The notes beneath the pieces were generated by a model. That model saw nothing but the letters and a program-made list of their open reading frames with translations, was not told where the DNA came from and made no database searches. A stretch of DNA of 64,000 nucleotides, taken from the NCBI GenBank assembly GCA_944389385.1, contig CALXMC010000002.1, positions 15,353 to 79,352 of the forward strand, read 5' to 3'. The position numbers were made by a program, and so were the translations under genes. This document shows, one piece after another, positions 19,601 through 29,500 of the stretch. Origin of the DNA: an uncultured Alphaproteobacteria bacterium. Its GTDB lineage: Bacteria; Pseudomonadota; Alphaproteobacteria; Rs-D84. The first letter of the stretch is position 1, and every line of letters begins with the position of its first letter.

Positions 19601-20438
19601 TTTTGCGGCCGGTTATCAACGTCACTTTACGGACGGTGCGTCGCGGTTTGACGGAATGTCTAATCCGATTTTTGGGTTGGCGTCAAATGCGATTACCACG
19701 GATGCGTGGTATAATATGGGGCGTTGGTCGTTCGGTGCGCGTGCGTTTTCGGGTTCTGTTACAGATGAAACCATGTTGGATAATGACCCCACGATTTCGT
19801 CGCAGTATATGCCTGCGCGGTTGGGGTTGATGCAGGGGGCGCAATCCAGTGTTGCCTGGCATGGCGATAAGTTTGGTTTTAACACCTCTGTCGGTGCAGC
19901 GTTCGAATCGGATACATTGTTGGGTGCTTTGTCGGGCGGTTTATTGGACATGGGTAATGGTAATACAATATACGTTGATTCTGAATTCAGTTTCAGCCCC
20001 GCTGATGATGTGACGTTCAAATTGCGTTCCACTTTTGCCCGTACAAGTGCCGCGCCAAACGGGCAGTTTATATTGGGTATGTCTGAATTGAATTCAAATG
20101 CGTTTGCGTTTGGTGTCGATGCGGGTAATTTCAGTTTCAGTGTGTCCAGTCCGTTGGCTGTGGCGGATGGATATTTACAATATCCGTATGCTGAATACGA
20201 AATTGTAAATAATGGCGATAACGAATATGAATTGAATATAGTTGATACGCATATTGAAAATCTGTCGTTGCGTCCCGATAATCGCGAGGTTCGATTCACT
20301 GGTGCATATCGCCATAACTTTGGTGAATTTACAGACGGTGCGATTGGATTTATTTATCGTGTGCATCCGAATAACACAGATGAATTTGGTAATGAATCCA
20401 TATTTATGATGAAAATGACGCATCGTTTGGGTATATAA
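16620..20438 (+). CDS. Large exported protein: ankyrin repeats, degenerate subtilase (S8)-like domain, C-terminal beta-strand-rich domain
   Basis: Ankyrin-like LLAAAKNADIQQVQALMNAGANINYVDSTGLSLV; S8-like C-terminal PWCFSAAG..AAASAAGAVAALQGAF...LLALTA...YGYGMINLERA; alternating aromatic beta-strands at the end. Confidence 0.7.
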   Translation: MLMKYIRLLLVALFLIPAGSAVAAVSVSNNEFMVAAQLLAAAKNADIQQVQALMNAGANINYVDSTGLSLVCTALMNNDIRAAQILQMYGADASNCDRQIKQYESRTKPEPSGGLFSGLSSAQTISLAAAGAAVVVGGLFLLTDWLDPGNENGGGASSGGNRPGPGGDEGDDDVTTEEITIPVGPAYFTKDGDIAYSESAYQDNLTMWGNTLKKDFDFLRPLEQPTDNYLTAGITVPLQNYLLIMHGYSAFANGYLGQETFRDKEHNPVQVMNKTGGGEPVRVSLITANGINPAGSAGRSVDGIAWALSTDAKAETKVYDKYYNYANPSGGNLGAEKSGFDLSGSGTAMNPFATANESALAKVIGGWEAGGRAYADLYGFVPNGQLSVYRTGGGKEWVDAAEEIRETPVGNLYDLSTTADIAGEVNPGDTIELGGVVYKILSVSSDEALDKPDGGSSDSATSSVTRPTITIGGTKFEVGAGSPLLVGRCDMENCADVGDIAIYQGDDGYYYVNTTGGSGPDMVYDIRDGVIYQQKELVQSQVRTFEALYDAFIGDGANVLANLAVNPDSRKNSYLNTNQIEAIFAGLGNGTDDMTKFEALIDYYYKNPNQTDEDSDSGRGQGYYAGSVFGRYNSGSPILVMPAGEFEWGLGDGKNPDALDATFENYAPALYDNRLEHLFMTVVAVQHATNSNYPLEEGTAPADSITDYGNGVEYGPLYLSQWTDTKGTETTDDDVIYMSRKCGIAGLGINGVDPWCFSAAGPTTEIAAASAAGAVAALQGAFSYMSNGEIFTLLALTADGAYLGYKDDGTRFTTDTLVEYLQDMYSLPPEYAKQNLQGKEYLKAFAEVYGYGMINLERAMTPGKRVFYYDGDEIVSGRGEFFRSASANTVFRASSVFGPGSATISAPFFDILESVNGDMSLPRIWKNEFALGVTDKRGLYMGDVLGEFTTRRDAPQRVQFGNFGFSMTVSEKEYVDNLNGLDNIRLDYTHGNWNFAAGYQRHFTDGASRFDGMSNPIFGLASNAITTDAWYNMGRWSFGARAFSGSVTDETMLDNDPTISSQYMPARLGLMQGAQSSVAWHGDKFGFNTSVGAAFESDTLLGALSGGLLDMGNGNTIYVDSEFSFSPADDVTFKLRSTFARTSAAPNGQFILGMSELNSNAFAFGVDAGNFSFSVSSPLAVADGYLQYPYAEYEIVNNGDNEYELNIVDTHIENLSLRPDNREVRFTGAYRHNFGEFTDGAIGFIYRVHPNNTDEFGNESIFMMKMTHRLGI

Positions 20439-20539
20439 AAACGCCCCCCAAAGGGGGCTTTTTAATGAATAAATATATCTTGATAAAATCATTTTTGTAG
20501 TTTAATATATATTGACAAAAAACAAAAAGGTGATAAAAA

Positions 20540-20953
20540 ATGAAAATTTTACGTGAAATTCGCGATTATTTTTTGCCTGCGTACAGTGTGAAATACGCAG
20601 ACCCAGAAAACGATATTAAAATGTTGGCAAAAATGGTGCGCCAGACGGAACGACTGATTAATAGTAAAACAGGGAAACGGTATGTGTATTGTTTCTTGTC
20701 GGATGACAAAAATTTGCGCACAGCCCAATATTTATTCCGGCGTAATGGCGTGCCTGTTGTTTGTCACAAATCGCACTATAATTGGTCGGGGTATGAATGG
20801 GTGTTGCGTATATCCAATGATGTTTTGGATAAAGATGAAAATATAAATAACTTTATTAACAGTATCGAGGCACAGCGTCGCAGTGTATCTGTTCCTGATT
20901 ACGAAGAACGTATTAAGATAATTAAACGTCAGAAAATGGGATATGAACGTTAA
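20540..20953 (+). CDS. Hypothetical protein
   Basis: 137-aa ORF with TTGACA upstream (20512) and a terminator hairpin at about 20960-20984. Confidence 0.6.
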   Translation: MKILREIRDYFLPAYSVKYADPENDIKMLAKMVRQTERLINSKTGKRYVYCFLSDDKNLRTAQYLFRRNGVPVVCHKSHYNWSGYEWVLRISNDVLDKDENINNFINSIEAQRRSVSVPDYEERIKIIKRQKMGYER

Positions 20954-20981
20954 ATAAATAACCCCGCATACGCGGGGATTT

Positions 20982-21521
20982 TTATTTGCATACCGTTACC
21001 ATCGCGGTTCGCAGAACTGTATCGCCAAACATATATCCCGGTTGTAATTCAGATACAATTGTGTTTGGTTCTGGTTTGGGTTCAGTGTCTGCGGGGGCAT
21101 CAACAACCTGGATTGCGTTATGAAATTGTGGATTCATAATTTGCCCAACCGATTCGATTTTTGTTATCCCGATTTGTGAAAAAGCGTCATTCATTGCGGC
21201 CGCCATGGATTTTATGCCTGCGTCATCGGGGCTGTGTTGCAGTGCGGCGTCAATTGCATCCATAACCGGTAAAAACTTTTTTGCAACAGACATCGCCCGA
21301 TTGCGTGCGGTTGATTCAATGTCGATTGCTGCGCGCCGGCGTGTGTTTTCCAATTCCGCCGCCAAACGCAAAAATTTGTCGGTTAATTCCGCAATTTGTG
21401 CGTTTAATTTTTCAATTTCTGAATCAGACGCGTCGCCCGTTGTTGCGTTGTCTTTGGTATTGGTGTCATCTGTGACGGACACTGTATCTATTTTTACTTC
21501 TTTTTTTTCTTGGTCGTCCAT
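20982..21521 (-). CDS. grpE: Nucleotide exchange factor GrpE
   Basis: LRLAAELENTRRR, FLPVMDAIDAAL, PQFHNA, QPGYMFGDTVLRTAMVTV. Confidence 0.95.
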   Translation of the reverse strand: MDDQEKKEVKIDTVSVTDDTNTKDNATTGDASDSEIEKLNAQIAELTDKFLRLAAELENTRRRAAIDIESTARNRAMSVAKKFLPVMDAIDAALQHSPDDAGIKSMAAAMNDAFSQIGITKIESVGQIMNPQFHNAIQVVDAPADTEPKPEPNTIVSELQPGYMFGDTVLRTAMVTVCK

Positions 21522-21551
21522 TTTTATCTGTCCCTGGATTTTAATATAATA

Positions 21552-22253
21552 TTATTTTACGCTGGTTATTATAGGTATGAAATCATCAACTTTCAAGGAT
21601 GCGCCGCCAACCAAGACCCCATCAACGTGCGGAATGGACATAATTTGGGCGGCGTTCGATGCGCGTACGCTGGCGCCGTACAGTATCGGGGTGCCCCCCA
21701 ATCCCATGTCGGATAAAGTGTCTGCAATCAGTTGATGCGCGGATGCGATTTCGTCATCTGTTGGTGTTATGCCCGCACCGATTGCCCAGCGCGGTTCGTA
21801 TGCGATGATTATATTTTTTGTGTCCTGGGGTACAGATTCACGCACGCCCGATTGGATGATTTCCATTGTTTTACCGGCATTTTTTTCATCCATCGTTTCG
21901 CCAACGCATATAATCGGCGTCAGCCCCGCGGCAACGGCGGCGGCGGCCTTTTGCCGGACTGTGTCATTTGTGTCGCCGTTATATTGGCGGCGTTCGCTGT
22001 GGCCGACGATGGTATATGTTGCGCCGGTTGCAGCAACCATATTGGCAGAAACCTGGCCGGTGTATGCGCCGTGGTCGTGTGCGCTGACGTCCTGGGCGCC
22101 GATGGCAACGCGCGCGGATGATGCGGCCAACATTGTGTATGGAACACACAGGATAACCTTATTTTCTGTGTCAATATTTTCCAGTGCGACAATCATTTCA
22201 TTTAACAGTTCGCGCGTGCCGTTCATTTTCCAGTTACCTGCGATAATTTTCAT
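21552..22253 (-). CDS. tpiA: Triosephosphate isomerase
   Basis: IIAGNWKMN, VGHSERR, AYEPRWAIG, LYGAS, GVLVGGASL. Confidence 0.97.
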   Translation of the reverse strand: MKIIAGNWKMNGTRELLNEMIVALENIDTENKVILCVPYTMLAASSARVAIGAQDVSAHDHGAYTGQVSANMVAATGATYTIVGHSERRQYNGDTNDTVRQKAAAAVAAGLTPIICVGETMDEKNAGKTMEIIQSGVRESVPQDTKNIIIAYEPRWAIGAGITPTDDEIASAHQLIADTLSDMGLGGTPILYGASVRASNAAQIMSIPHVDGVLVGGASLKVDDFIPIITSVK

Positions 22254-22322
22254 GGAATTTTCCCCTTTTTTTCGTTGATTTTCGTGATATTGTTTTGCTA
22301 TGGTATCGCAAAAGGGGAATAA

Positions 22323-23735
22323 ATGCTAGAATATTTACGTAATGCGGCGGACAAGCCGTTGGCAAAGATTTTAATTGGTATATTGGCTTTTTCATTCGTG
22401 GGGTGGGGCGTTGCAGAATGGATTTTTGGTGGCACCGCCAGTGATACTACATTGGTACGTGTCGGGAATTCCGAAATCACCATCCAACAATTCAGTATGG
22501 AAAAATCACGTCTGTTATCAGAAATGTCGCGTGATGAACAACGTGAAACGTATGCTGACCCTGTGTTGAGTCAGGCTTTGGATACGCGCGCTTTGTCAAA
22601 TTTAACGACCCAGGCAATGGCCGACGAACGTGCGGCTGATTTGGGATTTGTTGTGTCTGATGCGCAAATTGCACGTGAAATTCGGGCGTTTCCTGAATTT
22701 CAAATCGATGGGCAATTTTCAACGTACGCATTTGATACCGTTTTAATGAACAGCGGTTATACCGAGGCCGCGTTCGCAGATGTTTTGCGGAAACAGGTTT
22801 TGCGCGGATATACACTGGGGGCGATGTCTGTGCCGGTGGCGGTGCCTGAATTCGCGGTTCGTGCTGTGTTTGATGCGCGGTATGCAGAACGCGAAATTAA
22901 ATATGCGACCGTTGATTTCGACGATTTTGATGTGGAAACGCCGACCGAAGAACAATTGCGCGCGTTCTATGAACAAAATCCGCATGTCGTGCCTGAACAG
23001 CGGACTGTGTCGTACGTTATTGTTAATGCCGATATGGATGCGCCAGATGAATATGATGCAGCGTACGAACGTGCAATCGCGGTCGAAGATGCAATTATCG
23101 GTGGGGAAACTATGGCAGATGCGGCGGATGCAAATGGCGCGAAATATGTTTCTTTGGGAACATTTGATGCGGGCAATCGGCCTGTGGATGAATTGCTGAC
23201 CGATAATATGATGGTGCGCATTTTTGATATGGAGCAGGGCTTGGAAAGCGAGTTGATTGAAACCAAAAAGGGTTTTGTCATTGTTCGTGTTGATAATGTA
23301 ATCCCATCGCATAATGCCGAATTTGATAAAATTCATGATGAATTGGTGGATGATTGGCGGCGCGCGGAACAGCGTAAACAAGCGTACGTTCGCGCGAATG
23401 AGTTGTTGGTGGGGTTAAATGAAAATGGCGAATTAGGTGGCGCAAAAAGTGTGACTGTTACACGGGCTGATGGCGCGCCGTTGGAATTATTGTCTGCGGC
23501 TTTTTCAGGCGAAATTGGGGCAAATTCGATTGTAAATGGTGCAGATTCATTTTATGTTTTGCACATAGGTGCAGAAGTAATGCCAGATGTTGATGATAAA
23601 AAATTGGCTGAAATTCGTGATGAATTGGAAGCGTTGGGTAATAATAATATCACGGATGATTATAACGAATTTTTATCGCGTGAATATCCGGTTAAGGTAA
23701 ACGAGAAAGTATATAATCGTTTCTTTGCAAAATAA
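22323..23735 (+). CDS. ppiD: PpiD/SurA N-terminal-domain periplasmic chaperone
   Basis: MLEYLRN..KILIGILAFSFVGWG, LGFVVSDAQIAREIRAFPEFQIDGQFS; divergent from tpiA as in other alphaproteobacteria. Confidence 0.75.
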   Translation: MLEYLRNAADKPLAKILIGILAFSFVGWGVAEWIFGGTASDTTLVRVGNSEITIQQFSMEKSRLLSEMSRDEQRETYADPVLSQALDTRALSNLTTQAMADERAADLGFVVSDAQIAREIRAFPEFQIDGQFSTYAFDTVLMNSGYTEAAFADVLRKQVLRGYTLGAMSVPVAVPEFAVRAVFDARYAEREIKYATVDFDDFDVETPTEEQLRAFYEQNPHVVPEQRTVSYVIVNADMDAPDEYDAAYERAIAVEDAIIGGETMADAADANGAKYVSLGTFDAGNRPVDELLTDNMMVRIFDMEQGLESELIETKKGFVIVRVDNVIPSHNAEFDKIHDELVDDWRRAEQRKQAYVRANELLVGLNENGELGGAKSVTVTRADGAPLELLSAAFSGEIGANSIVNGADSFYVLHIGAEVMPDVDDKKLAEIRDELEALGNNNITDDYNEFLSREYPVKVNEKVYNRFFAK

Positions 23736-23760
23736 AAAACGGGGCGATGCCCCGTTTTTT
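23735..23760. terminator. Bidirectional intrinsic terminator
   Basis: aaaaaacggggc-gat-gccccgtttttt between convergent genes. Confidence 0.85.
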
Positions 23761-24997
23761 ATGACAATTTGTGAATTACCAATCCACTGCGCAATTTCGG
23801 TTCAAACCATGTCGTTTTTGGCGGCATGATGTTGCCTGTGTCTGCGATGTCAATGATTTGGCGCATTGTGACAGGGTACAACGCAAACGCCACGGCCATT
23901 TCGCCGGAATCTACACGTTTTTGCAATTCGCCCAATCCGCGTATGCCACCAACGAAATCGATACGTTTGCTTGTGCGCAGGTCGCCCAAGTTCAATATTT
24001 TATCAAATACCAAATTGGACAATACCGTCACGTCCAAAACACCAATCGGATCACCGTCGTTGTATGTGCCGGGTTTGGCGGTCAAAGAATACCATTTGCC
24101 GTCCAAGTACATGCCAAAGTTATGTAATTTATTCGGCTTGTAAATTTCAGTGCCCATTTCGGTGACTTCAAACGATTCGCGCAATTTGTCCAAAAATTCA
24201 GCGGGCGTCAATCCGTTCAAATCACGAACAACGCGGTTGTAATCGATAACGTGCAACTGGCTTTCTGGGAAAATTACAGCCAAGAAATAGTTATATTCTT
24301 CGTTACCGGTGTGATTTGGATTTTGTTCGCGCTTTTCCGCGCCAACGCGTGCGGCGGCCGCAGTTCTGTGATGGCCGTCTGCAACGTACAGGGCAGGTAT
24401 GTCGCGGAAAATTTCCGTTATGCGATTTATAATTGCATCATCGTCGATTTTCCAAAAAGTGTGACCAAATCCGTCGGGTGCAACAAAGTCATATTCTGGT
24501 TCGTGCGATGCAACGTAATCAGATATGATTTTGTTCATTTCTGCAACGTCCGGGTATGCAAAGAATACAGGTTCCAAATTCGCGTTTTGAATACGAACGT
24601 GAATCATGCGGTCGTCTTCTTTGTCTTTACGGGTTAATTCGTGTTTTTTGATCTTGCCGGTCATATAATCATCCACGTTTGCGGCGGCAACCAAACCGTA
24701 CTGGGTGCGACCGTCCATTGTTTGTGCATAGATGTAATACATTTCTTTGTCATCTTGGACCAACCAACCGCGTTCTTGCCACAGTTTGAAATTTTCAACC
24801 GCTTTGTCATAGACGGGTTGTGAATGTTCGTCCGCAATCGGATCAAAATCGATTTCTGGTTTGATAATATGCAGTAATGATTTTTCGCCGGCTTCGGATT
24901 TAGCCTCGGCCGAGTTCAGAACGTCATACGGGCGTGACGCAACATCCGCCGCCAATTCACGTGGTGGGCGAACACCTGCAAATGGTTTGATTTTCAT
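23759..24997 (-). CDS. DUF1015 family protein
   Basis: IKPFAGVRP, PYDV, IKKHELTR, YVADGHHR, MPPKTTWFEPKLRSGL. Confidence 0.9.
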   Translation of the reverse strand: MKIKPFAGVRPPRELAADVASRPYDVLNSAEAKSEAGEKSLLHIIKPEIDFDPIADEHSQPVYDKAVENFKLWQERGWLVQDDKEMYYIYAQTMDGRTQYGLVAAANVDDYMTGKIKKHELTRKDKEDDRMIHVRIQNANLEPVFFAYPDVAEMNKIISDYVASHEPEYDFVAPDGFGHTFWKIDDDAIINRITEIFRDIPALYVADGHHRTAAAARVGAEKREQNPNHTGNEEYNYFLAVIFPESQLHVIDYNRVVRDLNGLTPAEFLDKLRESFEVTEMGTEIYKPNKLHNFGMYLDGKWYSLTAKPGTYNDGDPIGVLDVTVLSNLVFDKILNLGDLRTSKRIDFVGGIRGLGELQKRVDSGEMAVAFALYPVTMRQIIDIADTGNIMPPKTTWFEPKLRSGLVIHKLS

Positions 24998-25069
24998 GAT
25001 ATGATTCTCCTTGTGTTATTTATAAGGCCTGTTAATTATATACCTATAAAAACAAAAGGCAAATAAAGT

Positions 25070-26158
25070 TCATCGATCGATTTGTGCCGGGATAATCGTT
25101 TCTGATTTCGTGGCGTCCAATGGGTGCGATTGGAATTTAATCGTTGCGAAATCTATGTTTGATAAATCCAATTCGCGTATCGTGCGATTGTACATAGTGT
25201 GATAATATATCACGCGGTTGCGCATATCGTTCGCAATTGTCCATTGTGTCGCAGACGGCATATTAACCGGTGCGTCACCCGGCGCAAATTCAGTTCCCAG
25301 TGGTACGTCAAAATTATTCAGAATATGAAATGCCTGCATTGCTGCATCAAATGTGGTTTCTTGTTTTATCGAGTAAGTCTGTAAAAATGCGGCGCGAACG
25401 AATCGCGATGGCGGGGTGAAATCACCCGGCAGCCCCAACAAACCTGAACCTGTACCAAATGCCCGCAGTGTTATCGGACCGAATTTTACCGGTCCCGCCG
25501 CGCCCGGCGCCAAATTTACATAGTTGTTCAGATTTTTTAATTGCCATGGATATTCGGGCGAATTTGCCAATACGCCCAGTTGGCTGTCATACACGTTGGC
25601 GACGCCATCGACAAATTCAATGATGATTTGTTTGCCTGATGGTTCGGTTACGCGCCAATGCGCGGTGGATGCACGTGGATCTATGCTTGCCACGCGAATG
25701 TTTTTGATTGCAGATTTAACCTGATCCACGGTGGAAAAGCGCGACAGAATCCATGATACCAATTGAAAATCTGATATAGTATTTGCATTGTCGTTCGCGT
25801 CGTACGGTGGGTATTCGCCGTATCCTGGGAAATAAAACAGACCCGCCGACAGGCCGGCTTCGTTCATGCCGTCAACCACCCAATCGGGGCGAACCACCGC
25901 CAATCCGACATAGCCATACATGCTGGAAAAAGTCATGCCGCCAGTTTTGCCGCCCGGTAACATAGATTGTTGGACATATCCGCGTGGGACGATTGTGTAA
26001 AGATTGTCCATCTCGGATTCGCCCCATTCAATCGTGCGTGCGGCAACAACACCGCCGTCATTTGCAGTCAGGGTAATACCCGTACAGGCATCCGCCCCGT
26101 GTGCGCCAATAATGCCGATAATCACGGCCAGCGCAGGTAAAATCTCTCTCGGTTTCAT
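25070..26158 (-). CDS. Ntn-hydrolase, choloylglycine hydrolase / penicillin V acylase family, with signal peptide
   Basis: Start MKPREILPALAVIIG..ADA followed by CTGITL (catalytic N-terminal Cys); ARTIEW, DGMNEAGL, LPGDFTPPSRFVRA. Confidence 0.9.
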   Translation of the reverse strand: MKPREILPALAVIIGIIGAHGADACTGITLTANDGGVVAARTIEWGESEMDNLYTIVPRGYVQQSMLPGGKTGGMTFSSMYGYVGLAVVRPDWVVDGMNEAGLSAGLFYFPGYGEYPPYDANDNANTISDFQLVSWILSRFSTVDQVKSAIKNIRVASIDPRASTAHWRVTEPSGKQIIIEFVDGVANVYDSQLGVLANSPEYPWQLKNLNNYVNLAPGAAGPVKFGPITLRAFGTGSGLLGLPGDFTPPSRFVRAAFLQTYSIKQETTFDAAMQAFHILNNFDVPLGTEFAPGDAPVNMPSATQWTIANDMRNRVIYYHTMYNRTIRELDLSNIDFATIKFQSHPLDATKSETIIPAQIDR

Positions 26159-26254
26159 GATTGGATTGTGGCACAGTTTGAAATATTTTTCCACAGGAAA
26201 CATGTCGGAAAATATACAAATAAAAAAAATACCCCGGCGGGGTGTTTTTTTATT

Positions 26255-26328
26255 TGGTTGGGGCACACGGACTCGAACCGCGATATACAGAGTCAGAGTC
26301 TGCTGTTCTACCATTAAACTATGCCCCA
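26255..26328 (-). tRNA. tRNA-Gln (anticodon CTG)
   Basis: Reverse complement TGGGGCATAGTTTAATGGTAGAACAGCAGACT-CTG-ACTCTGTATATCGCGGTTCGAGTCCGTGTGCCCCAACCA folds as a cloverleaf with encoded CCA. Confidence 0.95.
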
Positions 26329-26565
26329 GTCGTGCGGGGTATTATACATTATTATGCGACATTTGCAATCTATTTTTTTATTTGATTTGGTTGTTATATT
26401 ACATGCAATTTTTTGTGAAAACGACCGTCATTTCCGTTTGGATTGGCGGTATATTTTTTTTGGGAATTTTTTCAAAATAATTTTTGTTGCAACTTTTTCC
26501 CCATGTGGTACCGTGGGTGTACAGAAGGGTTTTGTACAATAAAAAACTAGAAAAAAGGAGAAAGT

Positions 26566-29500
26566 ATGTCAGCATACAAGCATTTGACAGATTTGCTGAA
26601 AATCTGTTCTGTGTTGCCGGCGTTGGCAATTATGCCTGCGGTTGCGGCTGAAACTTCAAATGATCCGAATAAAGTTGGGCAATGGTCGGGTAATGAATAT
26701 ATAGAAGAAGAGAATGTAAAACGTGGTGGCGGTGTGTTGAAATTGGCCACTGGCGATACATATCAGAATGATTATATCCAGGCCGGTTTGGTAAGTGGAA
26801 ATTCCATATCTGTGACCAAGACAGGTGGTGGAGTAGCTAATGATGTTTATGCCCAAGGTTCTGTGTTGTACAGCCATGGTTCGTTGGGTGGTATCAGCGG
26901 TACTTTCAAAAACAACAGCGTGAATACATCTGCGGCTGAACGCGGCAAAGCGTCCGCCAATGGTGGTGCTTTTGCTTTGTATGCGGGGACGGATATAAAA
27001 TCTATTTCTGGGGATTTTATTGGTAATAGCGCGACGTCAAAAGTTGATGGTGGAAAGTATTCTGATAAAAACAACCAAGTATCCGCAGGTGGTGGCGCAA
27101 TACATATCGAGGGTCAGTATGGTAACAAAGCAGTAAGTATCGGCGAAATCGATGGCGATTTTACTTCCAATTCTGCCAATGGTGATGCGTATGCCAATGG
27201 TGGTGCAATTTATATCAAGGGCGGTGCTGATCGTGAAGGTAATTCCGGGTTTGCCGTTACTGTCGGTATGATTGACGGTGATTTTTCCAGAAATTCGGTT
27301 ACTGCAACTGCGGACAAGGGTGCGTTTGTTGCCGAAGCTTATATGAAAAACTCGACCGGTGGCGCTGTTTCCATCAAAGAAGAAAATGGTGGTGCTGCGA
27401 CTGTCACAATTGACGGCGATTTTGAATATAACACGGTAACAACAAATGCAACAAATGCGTTTGGTGGTGCGATTTATAATGAAGGCACATTGACACTGGC
27501 AGACAGTGATTTTACGTATAACAAGGCTGCATCAACCAGTGGTGACAGTCGCGGTGGTGCGATTTATAATGCCGCAACGAATGCCAAAGGCGATACCGTC
27601 GCGGGTTCTGTGACCATAAACGGTGATGTTGATATTATTGGTAACTCGGCCGGTTGGGGCGGTGCGATTTGGAATGAAGGTGAATTGGTTTTCGACAATA
27701 AGGGCCAACAGGTTACATTCGGTGGTAACAGCGCAACAGCCGGGAATGCCGGTGGTGGCGCGATTTATAACATTGGTTCCATCGGTACATTGTCGCACAT
27801 GTTGTTCCAAGGCAACAGTGCCGACATGGGTGGTGCGATAAATAATGGGTGGTTTGAGGGTAAAGGTGGCCAAATCGAAACCATAACCAATTCATTCTTT
27901 GTCGGAAATGTTGGTAAAAACGGTGGTGCAATACGCAGTAATTCTCATATTGGCAGCATTACCGGTGTTCGATTTGAACGTAATGTTTCGGCAAATGGTG
28001 GCGCATTATGGAACGGATCGCTTGCTGATCTTAACAAAATAGACGGTGTTCAATTTTTGTATAATGCCGCAACGGCAAGTGGTAAGGGCGACAGACAAGG
28101 TGGTGCAATTACCAATGGTGGTGTAATTACTTTGGTTTCAAACACGAACTTTATTGGTAACCAAGCCGGTGATATTGGTGGCGCAATTGCCAATGATGTA
28201 TCCCAGGCAGGTAAAACACCAACAATAACATTACAAAATGTCTTGTTTGATTCCAATTCAGCCGGGAAAAATGGTGGTGCCATCCACAATGTCAGTGGCA
28301 GTGTTGTTAACCTGATGGGTAACAATACGTTCGTGAATAATTTTGCGGGCGGTGTTGCCAATGATATTCATAACTTGGGGACGCTGAATATCAAGGGTGG
28401 TGTAACAACCATGACCGGCGGTATTACGGGTGATGGTGGTGTGCTGACCATTTCTGGTGGTGCAATTTTGGATATCGGCACCGCGTCAATCCAACAGTCT
28501 TCAATTAAATTTGACGGCGAAGGCGGTAAATTGTTTGCATCGTTGGTAAATGAGGACTATTATTCAAAATTGTTGGTTGATTCTATCGAAGGTGATGCAG
28601 ATATTACGCTGAAGATAGGTTCTGTTGGCGAATATGATGTCTTTGGTAAAGATGGTGTGACAAGTATAACATTTAACCACGGTAATTTGTTCAATGTCAC
28701 AACGTCCGATGACAATAAAGTAATCGTTACCACCAAAGACGTGGCGACTGTCGCCAAGGATAATGGTTTGGCAAACGAATCGGCGGCTGTTTTGGTTGGA
28801 TTGGCAAACAGTGGTAACAACGCTATGAACGCTATGGCAATCCGCGCGCAAGATGCGTTAAAAGAGCAGGGCGGTGCCCAGTATGTCCAGGCGGAAGCCA
28901 AAAAATTACTGCCCCAGGATACGCCAGTTGCGCAATCGGTTGCATCGTCTGCACAAAGCCAAGTGTTGTCTTTGGCGGCGGGACGTATGTCCGGTAATGC
29001 GCTGGTTGGACGCAGCGGTGGTGATGCGGCCAATATGGATTACGGCGTATGGGCCCAGGGCTTGATGAACCATTCGAAATATGCCGATAAGTTCAGTGGC
29101 GATACATACGGCGTTGCCGTTGGTGCGGATGCGTTGATTAACGGTAAATACACCGTTGGTATCGGTTATGCGTATAACGAAACTGATATCGATGCAACGC
29201 ATGATATGTCAATCGACAGCAGCAGTTTGTTCGTGTATGGCCAGTATAAGCCAACGCAATGGTATATTAACGCCGCGTTGAACTATACAATGGCGAATTA
29301 CGAAGAAAGTGGCGTTGCATTCGATAGGGCGTTCGATTCATATAAATATGATGTCGATTCGTTTGGTGGGCAAATCATGACTGGATACGATTTTGCATCT
29401 GGTTTAACGCCCGAGGTTGGCGCACGTTACCTGCATATCGCGACCGATGATTATAACAACGGTTTCAATGTTGAAAACGAAGATACAAATTATCTGACCG

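Noticed and set aside
26159-26314. N-terminal extension of the 414-aa ORF
   Set aside because: It overlaps tRNA-Gln and its terminator; the signal peptide starts at ATG 26158.
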